Assembly (NCBI GenBank): GCA_965140415.1
Contig: OZ223209.1
Span: 2,944,001 to 3,008,000 of the forward strand
Origin: Myxococcota bacterium
GTDB lineage: Bacteria; Myxococcota_A; SURF-8
DNA: 64,000 nucleotides
Direction: 5' to 3'
Positions 38,232 through 48,553 of this stretch are shown in pieces. Each line of letters begins with the position of its first letter. Position 1 is the stretch's first letter. The notes under the pieces are model-generated. The model searched no databases. It was given only the letters and a program-made list of their open reading frames with translations, and had not been told where the DNA came from. The position numbers were made by a program, and so were the translations under genes.

Positions 38232-41200
38232 CTAGTTAGATAGGTCAGGCTCTAGTCCAATGATTGCTCGATTGTACGCGGTGTAAATACCGCCGAGATT
38301 GTCGATGTCGTAGTAGCCCCTGATACCACCAAATGCGTAATCTACATAGAATTCGTCGGCATCATTGTAGCCGTCACAGACCCACCAGTGACCATATACG
38401 CGACCTGATTCACCCGGGGCAGGACTGTCGGGGGTGCGTCCTACGACGACAATCGGGCGACCTGCATCCAGTTCGGCTTTAAATATATCGAACCATTCTT
38501 GCCTGGTATAGTTTTCTCGATAGACGATGGAGGCATTCTGACTGAACTTGAAGTAATTGACAAATGTGGAGGGCAGATCGCCTTCCGCACCGATGGCCCA
38601 AATATGGGTGTATTCTCCTACTGCTCCGCTCGCTGCAAACAGCTTTGCGGTTTCCTGGTATTCTGCTTCCGTGGCGTCCGGTGCTAGCGTGGCAGCCATC
38701 GCAGAATAGTCTAGATTCAGGTTTTCAAGATCCATATCCCAGTTGTTGCCCCAGTAATCGTTGAACTGAAGATGTCCTACCCCATTCGTCGGATACTGCC
38801 AGTAGTGAAGAATACGAGCGATGGAGGTTGGACCACAAGCGTTGCCGTAATGACCGTTCGGTCCGTCCACATCTTCGGGGTAATAGGCGTTGTACGGCCA
38901 AGTGAAGGTGTTCCATTGATTCTGGATGAGTGGCCCAACTACTGGCTCCGGAAGTGAAAGAGTGATGTCATCTGCCGAACGTGGATTCAGCCCATACTCG
39001 GAATAGTTGTAGTCTACAATGCCGATGATGGTGTCAAATTCATCGCCATTGGCTGGCGTTTCGTATCGGAACATGCCGTCGTCGATCTGGCAGGCACCCG
39101 ATCCGTCATCTACATACCATTGGTTGTAGCTGTCCGGTACCTGGGTAACACTTGCGTCTGCAACTTTTATCAACACCGATTCATAGGCTTCGGCATTGAC
39201 CGCTGATACAAGATCGCCGGTAGAAACAAGAGTCGGCTCGGGCAAGGAATTTCCTGAGCTTACAACTGAAACCGTTGCGTTGCTGATTTCGGTGAATCCA
39301 AAATATTCGACAATCAGTCCGGTTACGATTACTTCATCACCAAGCGCGGGGGATGTGTCTGCATTGTAAACGTACAGGCCATTGTAAGCACCGCCATCCG
39401 AGGAGGAAATGAAGAAATTGTTGCCATAACCGCTGAAATGGGTTGCCGTCACGATGCCGGTTGTTTGTACAACTTGGTCGAGAAGAGGGCTGGGGTAGGT
39501 GCCATCTCCGGCATCGGTGGTGTATTGGATGTCATAGATCGGCGTTGGACTTGTTTCTCCATCACCGTCGATATCACCATCTACCGTCCAGTCACAACGT
39601 TGTTCCTGTTGATTGCACACCTGGGTGCCATCGTCACAGCTTTCCACCACAGTGTTGTATCCGCATGCGTCGATGTAGAGCAGGTCATTGTTTTCGCACC
39701 AGACATTCGCTCCGGGAAGGCAGAAATCACCCGGTGTGCCGATATTGATGCAGTTGAAACTGTTGTCGCATTCGGACTGTTCCTGGCAGGGCTTCACACA
39801 TACTTTTCTGTCGATAATACTGATGTCTATACAGAAATGGTCCGGTGCGCAATCATCGGTTACTTCGCATTCACTGCATTGAGAACCGATCATCTCACAA
39901 CTTCGGGTTCCTGCATTGCAAGTTTCGGTGGCATCGTCGCAAGTTAAGAGCAACCTCTCTTTGCCACAGGTGTCGACACTATACATGTCATTATCGATAC
40001 AACTTGTTTGCTGGGTGGGGACACAATAGTTGCTCGGACCGCCGATGTCCTGACATGAAAAGTCTTCATCGCAATCAGATTGCTGTGTACAGCTTGCTAC
40101 GCAGAAATTGCCACTTCCATCTTGATAGCCGACACAGGCATGATTTGCAGCGCAATCAGTACTGTATTCGCAGAAATCACACTGTTGTCCCGACATATCA
40201 TCGCCGTCCGCTATATCTCCATCTACAATATCGCCATCGATAACATCACCGTCAACGGTGTCACCGTCAACAACAATATCTCCGTCTACGATATCTCCAT
40301 CCGAAACATCGCCGTCAACAATATCGCCATCAGTGAGATCACCGTCAGATATATCACCATCGGTCACATCGCCATCGATGACATCTCCGTCGGTAACATC
40401 TCCGTCAACAACAATGTCTCCATCTATCAACTCGTCGCCATCGACTGGATAATCACCGTCTACGACTATGTCGCCGTCTTCAACAGGGTTGAGTGAACGG
40501 ACGCAACGGATACGCATCAAATTATGATGATAGTAAGCCCGTAAGATGGCTGCGTTGAAGTTCAAGGACCAAGAGATGTTGTCCTCGGCCAGATTCGCCG
40601 ACCAATAACCCACGCAAGTGTCTTCGTCGATCAATGTGGTCGGCGCGTAGCAACCGGCATCTCCCGGACCCTGAAGAAACGTGCAGTTGTCACCGCAGGC
40701 ATCGTTGTCTTTGCACTGATTGGAAAGACAATCGCCTTCCTTAATGTTACAAGCGCCATCGAAGGCCATTGTATCGCAGCCGCGGACCAGAGTACGCAAC
40801 TCGCCGATACCAGGTAGACGCCAATCATCAAAATCGGCTAAGGAAAGTTCGGCGCAATAGGCAATCGCATCGCCATAATTCAGCGTATCGTCCGAGATAA
40901 TGCGCTGCCACATCAGTCCGTACGTCTCGTCGATCCAGATGTCGCCGAAATCCGCTTCTTCTTTATCGCCGTCAACCTCATCACCGTCGGTGACATCACC
41001 ATCAGTCACATCACCGTCAGTCACATCACCGTCAGTTACATCTCCGTCTGCGATATCACCATCAGCCACATCACCGTCAGTTACATCTCCGTCTGCGATA
41101 TCACCATCAGCCACATCACCGTCAGTTACATCTCCGTCAGTGATATCACCATCAGCCACATCACCGTCTGCGATATCACCATCAGCCACATCTCCGTCAG

Positions 41201-41312
41201 TTACATCTCCGTCGGTGACATCACCATCGGTTGTGTCTTCATCTGAACCACAGGCAGTCAATGTCAGAATTAGTAAAAGGAAGAAGAACATCAACGTTGA
41301 TCTACAGTGCAT
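38232..41312 (-). CDS. Modular lipoprotein: DGD repeats, DUF1566 domain, DGD repeats, Cys-rich modules, OB-fold-like domain, C10 (streptopain-like) peptidase
   Basis: Lipobox LTAC; LMWQR..YC..DWRLPGIGELRTL..IRCVR; IYDIQ..SPL..GIVTA; WPYNAYYP, NACGPTSIARILHYWQYP, GHWWVCDGY. Confidence 0.82.
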   Translation of the reverse strand: MHCRSTLMFFFLLLILTLTACGSDEDTTDGDVTDGDVTDGDVADGDIADGDVADGDITDGDVTDGDVADGDIADGDVTDGDVADGDIADGDVTDGDVTDGDVTDGDVTDGDEVDGDKEEADFGDIWIDETYGLMWQRIISDDTLNYGDAIAYCAELSLADFDDWRLPGIGELRTLVRGCDTMAFDGACNIKEGDCLSNQCKDNDACGDNCTFLQGPGDAGCYAPTTLIDEDTCVGYWSANLAEDNISWSLNFNAAILRAYYHHNLMRIRCVRSLNPVEDGDIVVDGDYPVDGDELIDGDIVVDGDVTDGDVIDGDVTDGDISDGDLTDGDIVDGDVSDGDIVDGDIVVDGDTVDGDVIDGDIVDGDIADGDDMSGQQCDFCEYSTDCAANHACVGYQDGSGNFCVASCTQQSDCDEDFSCQDIGGPSNYCVPTQQTSCIDNDMYSVDTCGKERLLLTCDDATETCNAGTRSCEMIGSQCSECEVTDDCAPDHFCIDISIIDRKVCVKPCQEQSECDNSFNCINIGTPGDFCLPGANVWCENNDLLYIDACGYNTVVESCDDGTQVCNQQEQRCDWTVDGDIDGDGETSPTPIYDIQYTTDAGDGTYPSPLLDQVVQTTGIVTATHFSGYGNNFFISSSDGGAYNGLYVYNADTSPALGDEVIVTGLIVEYFGFTEISNATVSVVSSGNSLPEPTLVSTGDLVSAVNAEAYESVLIKVADASVTQVPDSYNQWYVDDGSGACQIDDGMFRYETPANGDEFDTIIGIVDYNYSEYGLNPRSADDITLSLPEPVVGPLIQNQWNTFTWPYNAYYPEDVDGPNGHYGNACGPTSIARILHYWQYPTNGVGHLQFNDYWGNNWDMDLENLNLDYSAMAATLAPDATEAEYQETAKLFAASGAVGEYTHIWAIGAEGDLPSTFVNYFKFSQNASIVYRENYTRQEWFDIFKAELDAGRPIVVVGRTPDSPAPGESGRVYGHWWVCDGYNDADEFYVDYAFGGIRGYYDIDNLGGIYTAYNRAIIGLEPDLSN
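40200..40478 (-). repeat. DGD-xx(x) repeat block 2 (18 DGD units)
   Basis: 15/18-bp degenerate tandem units encoding DGDIV, DGDVT, DGDIVV etc. Confidence 0.9.
40965..41228 (-). repeat. DGD[VI][TA] pentapeptide repeat block 1 (18 DGD units, 15-bp period)
   Basis: Plus strand shows a (tcaccgtcagtcaca)-like 15-mer tandem. Confidence 0.95.
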
Positions 41313-41510
41313 GTTTAGAACTCCCGCGTTAAACAGTAAAGTAAAATCTGCAGCAGGTAATGTTATAATTATTTAAAGGATTACAGGCAATGCTTTTCGG
41401 TGGAAAATCGCATTTTATTCTAAAATAAATTACCTATAAAACTCGCGGAGTTGTATGAATATGCCTTGTGTCGAATGAGATGAAATTTCAGGAAAGGGGA
41501 TGTGATAGGT

Positions 41511-41546
41511 AGAAAAAAGCAGCAAGTTGTCCGCTTGCTGCTTTCT
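41511..41546 (-). terminator. Intrinsic terminator after the anti-sigma gene
   Basis: aaagcagcaag-ttgtccg-cttgctgcttt with poly-U on the minus strand. Confidence 0.8.
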
Positions 41547-41569
41547 GGATTCATGCTGTCAAGTAGGGG

Positions 41570-42328
41570 CTAGAAGTCGTATTCCACAGAGGAAGCCATT
41601 GTAATAACTTCGTTTTCCGGGCTATCAGAAACGAACGAGTAGACCATGTTGTTTCGTTTCCACAAAACGACATTCAAGCCGTTTTTATTAGTGACCCAGA
41701 ACTCTCGATTGTTGACAACCTTGCGAATGCCACCGGATGTTTCTGACGGATCTTCTTCAGCAGGAGCTGCAACCAGCGAACAACGCCGTCCGTTGATGTT
41801 ATAAGAGAGGTAAACAGCAGGTGCATCCTTCACGCTGGTGATGCGTCCACCTTCCAACTGGATACCTGCTTTTTTGAAGCGAGGCACATGCATGGCGTAG
41901 TTGACGCGTTGCTGTAAGTAGGATTGTACGGTTTGAAGGTCATTGGATTGCACGTCGAAAGGCAGATTTCGTAAATGTCTGGAAATACTGGCTTCAACGA
42001 TCGGAGAGGAAACCTCGATCCTCGGGAAAAAGAAAATGCCGAAGAATACCAAAATGATGGCCATCGCCGGAGCGTAACGTAACGCCACCGGAGTGTTACG
42101 ACTACGTTCCTGGCTGATCAGGTGACGGACTTCCATCCCCAGGCTTTGGGGTGCTTGGTATTGAGGAAGAGATTGTTTCATCCCTTTCTTGAACCATACA
42201 TGAAAGGCCACTTTTTTCTGGCAGGCGGGGCAGAACTTAAAGTGCTGCTCGATTTCCGTCTCTTCCAGATCACTGAATTCTCCATCTACGTACGTATGGA
42301 GATAGCGTTCAACATCACGGCAATTCAT
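41570..42328 (-). CDS. Zinc-binding (ZAS, zf-HC2) transmembrane anti-sigma factor
   Basis: MNC..YVDGE..HFKFCPAC (HxxxCxxC), a TM helix and an extracytoplasmic domain; ATGA overlap with the sigma gene. Confidence 0.9.
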   Translation of the reverse strand: MNCRDVERYLHTYVDGEFSDLEETEIEQHFKFCPACQKKVAFHVWFKKGMKQSLPQYQAPQSLGMEVRHLISQERSRNTPVALRYAPAMAIILVFFGIFFFPRIEVSSPIVEASISRHLRNLPFDVQSNDLQTVQSYLQQRVNYAMHVPRFKKAGIQLEGGRITSVKDAPAVYLSYNINGRRCSLVAAPAEEDPSETSGGIRKVVNNREFWVTNKNGLNVVLWKRNNMVYSFVSDSPENEVITMASSVEYDF

Positions 42329-42972
42329 TGTCCGCCAACTCCTTTCTTCTTTCGTTCCACAATGGAAGTCACTGTTTTTTCTTCTAACTTGTCCTTATTA
42401 ACTTTTATTACACCTTCGCGGATTGCGTATTCCCTTAGCGAAGATTGCAGTTGGTTGCGACCTCTAGCGAGGCGTGACATCACGGTTCCAATTGGACAGC
42501 CAACGATTTCTGCTACCTCCGCATAAGAGAAATCCTGCAAATCCACCAGTTCAACTACGGTGCGGAAAGGTTCCGCCAACTCATCGAACGCTCGTTTCAC
42601 TTCATCTGAAAGATCATCCGTGAAAGATTGATGTTGACGACTGAAATTGGATTCCGACCAGTCATCGACAAACCGATCTTCAATTTCAGAGAAGTCATAG
42701 GAATGCTCAACCAACTGTTTTTCCCTCTTGTTTCGGTGATATTGGTTGATAAAGGTGTTCATCATGATCTTGAATAACCACGCTTTCCTATTGCTTCCGG
42801 GAGCGAAACTTTTCCTGGCTTTATATGCTTTCAAAATCGCTTCCTGTACCAAGTCTTCTGCGTTTGCCGGGTCTTTCGTCAAACGCATGGCAGTCGCGTA
42901 CAACGGATCCAGAAATTCCAGGATCTCTTTAGTAAAACTGTCTTTCGAACGCCAGAATTGGAAGCTCAGCAT
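42325..42972 (-). CDS. ECF RNA polymerase sigma factor (SigH/SigR-like)
   Basis: AEDLVQE, AWLFKIMMNTFINQY, FSYAEVAEIVGCPIGTVMSRLARGR. Confidence 0.93.
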   Translation of the reverse strand: MLSFQFWRSKDSFTKEILEFLDPLYATAMRLTKDPANAEDLVQEAILKAYKARKSFAPGSNRKAWLFKIMMNTFINQYHRNKREKQLVEHSYDFSEIEDRFVDDWSESNFSRQHQSFTDDLSDEVKRAFDELAEPFRTVVELVDLQDFSYAEVAEIVGCPIGTVMSRLARGRNQLQSSLREYAIREGVIKVNKDKLEEKTVTSIVERKKKGVGGQ

Positions 42973-43010
42973 GCTATCGTTCCTTCCAACATAACCTCTT
43001 GCTTACCTGT

Positions 43011-43036
43011 AACCACACGATGCGTGGCTTTATTCC
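43011..43036 (-). promoter_or_regulatory. Candidate autoregulatory ECF promoter
   Basis: Minus strand reads GGAAT-N18-GTT about 40 nt upstream of the sigma ATG. Confidence 0.65.
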
Positions 43037-43096
43037 CGATTGTCAAGATGTTTTGCATTTTGTTGAGAATTGATGAGTGGTTTTCATCTTTCTTTG

Positions 43097-46000
43097 CTAC
43101 TTCAGCTCATCTTCATTCTCATTAGAGGTCAAACCCTCAAGTTGTATTTCTCTTCCTTGAATGATTTCGCTTGTGCTGCGCATCTTGAACAAGCGTCTAA
43201 ATGCGTTTACCCAATCGTCTGCTATCGAATAAGTGCATGGAATGACAAATAAAGTCAAGAACGTAGCGAACGCCAGACCCCAGCAGATGCAGATCGCCAT
43301 CGGTTGCCAGGTTTTACTGGCCCCAGCAACACCAATCGCCATAGGTAGCAGACCTGCTATTGTGGTTAAAGTTGTCAATAATATCGGGCGCATACGTCTT
43401 GTACCGGAAATGATCAAGGCATCGTATCGCTTCATTCCTGTTGCTCGGGCACGGTTGATGAAATCAACCAACACAAGGGAATCATTCACAACGACCCCGG
43501 ATAGAGCGACGACCGAAATGGCGGCAACAATCGAAAACGTCAAATTCTGAACGATCAACCCAATTGCAACACCTATCAAAGAGAAGGGCACCGTATACAT
43601 TACGATCATTGGTTGAGTGAAAGACTGGAATTGCGTTCCCAAAATGAGATAGATGATGACAAGAGCCACAACAAAAGCTTGAAGCAATGACTTAAAGCTC
43701 TTTTGCTGTTCCTCGGCTTCTCCACCGAATTCAACCTTATATCCGGGATAACGCTCGCTGAATGTTTCATATTTCTTGCGCATGATGCGGTTGGCTTCAT
43801 CGGAATTGACATCGACCTGGTTGACATTGGCGGTCACAGTGATCGTTCGTTTGGCATTGCGACGACTGATGGAGGTCGGTCCTTTCTGAATGACGAATTC
43901 TCCAATTTCTGACAGTTGCACTGCAATACCTAACGGAGTATGAATCACCATCTTTTTCAGATCCTCAACGTCGTCGCGGTCGCTTTCTTTGTATTCGACC
44001 ATGACCTTGACTTCATCTCCTTCGGAATCTCTAAAGGAAGTCGCTTCCAATCCATCGATGGCCGTGCGCATGAATGTCGACAAGGCAACAACGGAGAGCC
44101 CATAGGAACTCATTTTGTCCCGGTCCGGCAAGAAACGGATTTCCTGTTTGCCACTGCTGTAACTCGATTCGATATCCGTAACGCCTTTGATCGCCTTCAA
44201 ATCATCGATTATTCGTTCTGAGTGTCGAATCAGATTGTCAAGGTCATCACCTGCGACTCGCATTTCAATGGGAGATCCGGTAGGCGGACCACTGGAATCC
44301 TTGGAAAAACGGGCACTTTCGATTTCCGGAATCGTTGTAAACCGTTTGCGGATGTCATTTTTGATCAGGTCGTTGTCACGGCGCTTGTCGCTGTCTCCCA
44401 TCTCAAATAGAAGCATTCCACCATTGGTGCGTTTGAGCCAGCGTTCACCGTCGATGATATAGCCGACGATGGCAATAACCGAGTTGATGTCATCTTTTGA
44501 AATGTCCGAACACCTCTGTTCGATCTGATTGATAATACGATCCGTTTCTTCCAATTGGGTGCCGGTCGGGAGTTGGACGATCAGCCATTCCGTAGACGAT
44601 TCTTCCTGTGGAAACATTTCGATACGCAGCACTTTCGCCGCGGCGACCGTAATTAGAATTGTGGCGATTAAAATGCCGATCGTTACCATGTAACGATGAC
44701 GAAGGAAGAACGCGATCTGTTTTTTGTAAGTGCTTTCCAGCCAGGCATAAAGGCGATCACCAAGTCTAGTTCCACTCGCTTTTGGAAGTTTACCGAAATC
44801 GGCAAGATGGGACGGGAGAACGACCAGGGATTGAATGAGCGAGCCGATAAGAGCCACCGTTACGACAATAGGAAGTACGGCCAGGAATTTGCCGACATCG
44901 CCCTCCATTAACAAAAGGGGGAGAAAGGCAGCGATAGTGGTTACAACTGCGGCAACAACTGGCCACATTACTTCTTCGGCGCCTTCGATGGCTGCCTTGA
45001 GAGCAGGCTTGCCCTGTTCCATGTGATGGTACACATTTTCAATGATGATGATGGCATCATCAACGACCATACCAAGCACCAGAATAAACGCAAAAAGGGA
45101 CAGGGAATTGATCGTTCCGCCGGTAACGTCCAGGAAAATAAAAGACGTTAAGAATGCAAAGGGAATTCCAATGATCGCCAGAATGGCGCTTCGGTATCCG
45201 ATCAGCAATGTCATTAAGATCGCGACCAGCAATAAACCTGTGATGGCATTGGAGGTTAGTACATTGATGCTTTCTCGCACCGGGATGGAATTGTCGTTTC
45301 GGATAGACAATTCCAGATCGGGAACCCGTTTTTGAAACTTCTCAACGAGATCCCGGATTTCATCTACGGCGGTAACGATCGACGCTTCTTTTTTCATGTA
45401 AGCGCGCAGGTAGACCGATGGTTTTCCGTTCAGGCGGGTAATGGATTCATCTTTTTCAAATGTGTCGTTGATGGTTGCAACGTCTTTTACTCGCAACGTG
45501 CCGCCTTCCATGCTAGCACGCAAAATAACATCTCCAATATCGTTTGCGTTTTCCAACTCGGAAATGGATCGGACCAGGAATTCCTGCCGTCCCATCGAAA
45601 GCCGACCGGCGGGGAGGTTGGCATTCCCCATTTGAATCGCTGCAACGATATCTTGCAGGGCGATACCGTGGGCTTCCAGCAGGGCGCGATCCGATTCGAC
45701 TCTGAATTCTCGTTTGCGCAGTCCGCTGATATCCATCTTGGCAATACTATCAAGATCCAGGATTTCGTCGCGTAACGATTTCGCAAGTTTGTTTAGGCCT
45801 TTTGTCGAATAATCGCCGCCCATCGCAATGCCGACAATCGGCCAGATCTCATTCGTACTGATTTTAATGTAAAAGATGTTGTCCTGTGCATCATCAGGCA
45901 GATCGGTCTTGATTTTATCGACTTCCGTTTTCAAATCCAGGAAGCTTTGGTCGAAGTTTTTCAGGCCGGCTTCATAACGAATAAACACCACGGAGCGGCC

Positions 46001-46258
46001 TTCTTCGGATCTGGAATTGATGAAGTCGATGTCCGATAGGTTTCGGACCTGCTCTTCAACCGGCAAGGTGATCAGCTTTTCAACATCATCCGGAGAAGCC
46101 CCCGGATATGCGATGATCACCAGCGCCATATCCAGATCGATAGAAGGATTGTTTTCCTGGGGCATCTGCATCAATACGAAAATGCCTGCCACCAGAATGG
46201 CAATCATCAACATATTTACGAGCACGGGCTGCCGTGCGAAAAAGCGTGGAATGGACAT
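43097..46258 (-). CDS. RND efflux permease (AcrB/AcrD/AcrF family)
   Basis: YPGASP..VE, GMVVDDAIIIIEN, RMRPILLTTLTT; 1053 aa. Confidence 0.93.
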   Translation of the reverse strand: MSIPRFFARQPVLVNMLMIAILVAGIFVLMQMPQENNPSIDLDMALVIIAYPGASPDDVEKLITLPVEEQVRNLSDIDFINSRSEEGRSVVFIRYEAGLKNFDQSFLDLKTEVDKIKTDLPDDAQDNIFYIKISTNEIWPIVGIAMGGDYSTKGLNKLAKSLRDEILDLDSIAKMDISGLRKREFRVESDRALLEAHGIALQDIVAAIQMGNANLPAGRLSMGRQEFLVRSISELENANDIGDVILRASMEGGTLRVKDVATINDTFEKDESITRLNGKPSVYLRAYMKKEASIVTAVDEIRDLVEKFQKRVPDLELSIRNDNSIPVRESINVLTSNAITGLLLVAILMTLLIGYRSAILAIIGIPFAFLTSFIFLDVTGGTINSLSLFAFILVLGMVVDDAIIIIENVYHHMEQGKPALKAAIEGAEEVMWPVVAAVVTTIAAFLPLLLMEGDVGKFLAVLPIVVTVALIGSLIQSLVVLPSHLADFGKLPKASGTRLGDRLYAWLESTYKKQIAFFLRHRYMVTIGILIATILITVAAAKVLRIEMFPQEESSTEWLIVQLPTGTQLEETDRIINQIEQRCSDISKDDINSVIAIVGYIIDGERWLKRTNGGMLLFEMGDSDKRRDNDLIKNDIRKRFTTIPEIESARFSKDSSGPPTGSPIEMRVAGDDLDNLIRHSERIIDDLKAIKGVTDIESSYSSGKQEIRFLPDRDKMSSYGLSVVALSTFMRTAIDGLEATSFRDSEGDEVKVMVEYKESDRDDVEDLKKMVIHTPLGIAVQLSEIGEFVIQKGPTSISRRNAKRTITVTANVNQVDVNSDEANRIMRKKYETFSERYPGYKVEFGGEAEEQQKSFKSLLQAFVVALVIIYLILGTQFQSFTQPMIVMYTVPFSLIGVAIGLIVQNLTFSIVAAISVVALSGVVVNDSLVLVDFINRARATGMKRYDALIISGTRRMRPILLTTLTTIAGLLPMAIGVAGASKTWQPMAICICWGLAFATFLTLFVIPCTYSIADDWVNAFRRLFKMRSTSEIIQGREIQLEGLTSNENEDELK

Positions 46259-46261
46259 GAG

Positions 46262-47389
46262 TTACTCCACTACCTGAACGCTGGATTGATCGGAAAGGTT
46301 GTGCTGGCCGCTAATCACCAGTGAGTCGCCATCTTTCACGCCTTCTTTAAGCAGGACGCGCTTACCGATTTTCGGACCAAGTTTGACTTCTCGTTCATGC
46401 GCTGTTCCATCTTCAACCACGAAGACATAGTAGCGATCGAAGCGCTCTATCAGCAACTCGATGGGGAAGAACACACCTTCAATCGGCTCCCCAATGGGAA
46501 TTGATACGCGCACGGCCATGCCGATCCTCAAATCTTCAACGGAATTGTCAATCGTCAGTTCGACCGGGTAACTCATGGTTGGTTTTAATGCTTTTACTCC
46601 GATGCTAGTGACGGTTGCCGTTATCGGTTCGCCTTGCTGCGATTGAATGTTAAGGCTGGCTTTGCGTCCAGTGCGAAGCAGGCCGATGACATCTTCTCCA
46701 ACCCCGACCTGGACTTTCAACTTACTGCGATCCACGATCTGCGCGACAGGAGTTGCTGGTGCCACAGTGTCGCCAAATTTAACCAGTTTCGAGGCGATTT
46801 CTCCAGCAAATGGTGCTCGAATGGATGACTTTCGCAGGGCGCGTTCGGCCTGCTGCAAGCCCGCCTGTGTGGCCGTATTGGCCGCTTGTGCTTGTGCCAG
46901 GGCCAACTTGGCCTGGTCGAACTGACTTTCGCTCACATCCTTGGAATTGAACAACTGCTCAATACGGTTGAATTCCAATTCGGCCTGTTTCAATGCCGCA
47001 CTGGATTGTGCATGCTGGGCTTTGGCCTGCTTGACTTGAATCTGGTAGGGTTCCGGATCAACGGAGAGCAGGACATCACCTTTTTTTACTTTCTGCCCCA
47101 GATCGAATTTTAAGGAAACGATCTGTCCGCTGGTTTCCGAAATCAGGATGACGTCTCGGTCTGAAGTAATAACACCGCTGGCTTCGACAACCTGATAAAG
47201 GGATTCCGTTTTCTCCGTAGCAATACGCACGGGTTCCACCTTACCGGTTGCACCTTCGTTTTCCTGGTCGGAATCTCCGCTATTGGAAGAGGGCTTGGAG
47301 GAACAGGTGCAAAGCAAGAATAGCAACATGAATACGAACAAGGTCGTTTTCATTTTCCAGCCGATCATAATGACTTCCTTTCTCGGCAC
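46262..47389 (-). CDS. RND membrane fusion protein (periplasmic adaptor); start may be the second Met
   Basis: Lipoyl halves (SGQI..GQKVKKGD; IRAPFAG), coiled-coil hairpin, EGVKDGD. Confidence 0.92.
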   Translation of the reverse strand: MPRKEVIMIGWKMKTTLFVFMLLFLLCTCSSKPSSNSGDSDQENEGATGKVEPVRIATEKTESLYQVVEASGVITSDRDVILISETSGQIVSLKFDLGQKVKKGDVLLSVDPEPYQIQVKQAKAQHAQSSAALKQAELEFNRIEQLFNSKDVSESQFDQAKLALAQAQAANTATQAGLQQAERALRKSSIRAPFAGEIASKLVKFGDTVAPATPVAQIVDRSKLKVQVGVGEDVIGLLRTGRKASLNIQSQQGEPITATVTSIGVKALKPTMSYPVELTIDNSVEDLRIGMAVRVSIPIGEPIEGVFFPIELLIERFDRYYVFVVEDGTAHEREVKLGPKIGKRVLLKEGVKDGDSLVISGQHNLSDQSSVQVVE

Positions 47390-47435
47390 AATATCAAAAC
47401 ATGTGTTTTCCAGTATTCAATAAAAACGGAACAAG

Positions 47436-48499
47436 TCAAGAAAAGGGAAACTGCTTGATATATACATCCTGCTTAGAATACGGGATTTCGATGTCGGCCT
47501 TGTTCAGTTCCGTGTAAATCTTCGTCAATAATATGTCAATCACACGGCCTTTGAATACGGGTTGCTCGATCCAAACTCGTAGCTGAAAATCCAGCGCCGA
47601 ATCGCCAAAGGAAACGAATCGTACGGAAGGTTCCGGCTCTGGGCTGATATGCTCAATGTCCTGTGCGCAAACAAGAAGAATGCGCTTAACTTTGTCGGGG
47701 TCGCTGCCGTAAGCCACTGGAACCGGGATGCGCAGGCGCATCTTTTCAAAACGTCCGCCGGTTTCGTTTATAATCTTGCTATTGCCAATGACAGCATTGG
47801 AATCGTCACTTCGATATCGTCGCGGGTTAAGATGCGTGTCGAACGTAGACCGATCTGTGTAACTTTTCCCCGTTCGTTTCCTTTTTCCAAAATGATAAAA
47901 TCCCCGATCTTGTAGGGGCGGTCGGTGACGATGAACAATCCTGCGAAGAGGTTCGCCAGCGTATCTTTGGCAGCGAAACCAACGGCGATACCAACGATGC
48001 CGGCAGAAGCCAGCCAGCCAGTAACATCGATGTTCCAGGCAACAAGGGCGAAATAGGCGATGCCGCCAACGACAATGGTTTTTACCAGGATCTGAAATAA
48101 GGGCAGGGTGCTCGGTTGTATGAAGGTCGCCCGGTCGGAGACATTGCTCAGGATGGACAGCAACAGTTGGGCCAGCCTCATGATGGCAATGCCCCATATC
48201 AACACGGCCAGCGTTTTCAGAACGCCCATCGCAACGAACAATTCATGTTGTCCCGGATCGAGATCCAATAAGGCGTATCCCAGCCCGGAGAACAACACGG
48301 AAAGAAAGACCGGTCCGCCAAGAATCTGGAAAATCCGGTCGTCCAGATCGGTAGCGGTTTTACGCGTTAAAAGCTTTAATAGACCGTTAATGAAATACTT
48401 GAGAAACAGCGCCAGTACAAACGTAGCGAAAAGAATCGTGAGAAAACGCACTCCGGGGTGCGTTCCATAGGTTTCGATTAGCTGGTTGAGTTGCTCCAT
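47436..48499 (-). pseudogene. MscS mechanosensitive channel split by a 1-nt frameshift near 47799 (pseudogene or sequence error)
   Basis: N-part (GFAAKDTLANLFAG, PYKIGD, IGLRST..VTIP) is in one frame; C-part (NAVIGNSKIIN, FGDSALDF, IEIPY) is in another. Confidence 0.85.
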
Positions 48500-48553
48500 T
48501 CCAACAGCTTCCTTTCAACAATATCATGATGCACGCAGTGTCGCGATCAAGCT

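Noticed and set aside
40495-40925. DUF1566 domain as a diversity-generating retroelement target
   Set aside because: No reverse transcriptase and no template-repeat copy of this region seen in the window; a remote DGR cannot be excluded.
40200-41228. CRISPR-like array
   Set aside because: Units are in-frame 15/18-bp coding repeats without unique spacers; no cas genes.
40900-41376. Ser/Pro/Thr-rich plus-strand ORF
   Set aside because: Antisense shadow of the DGD repeat.
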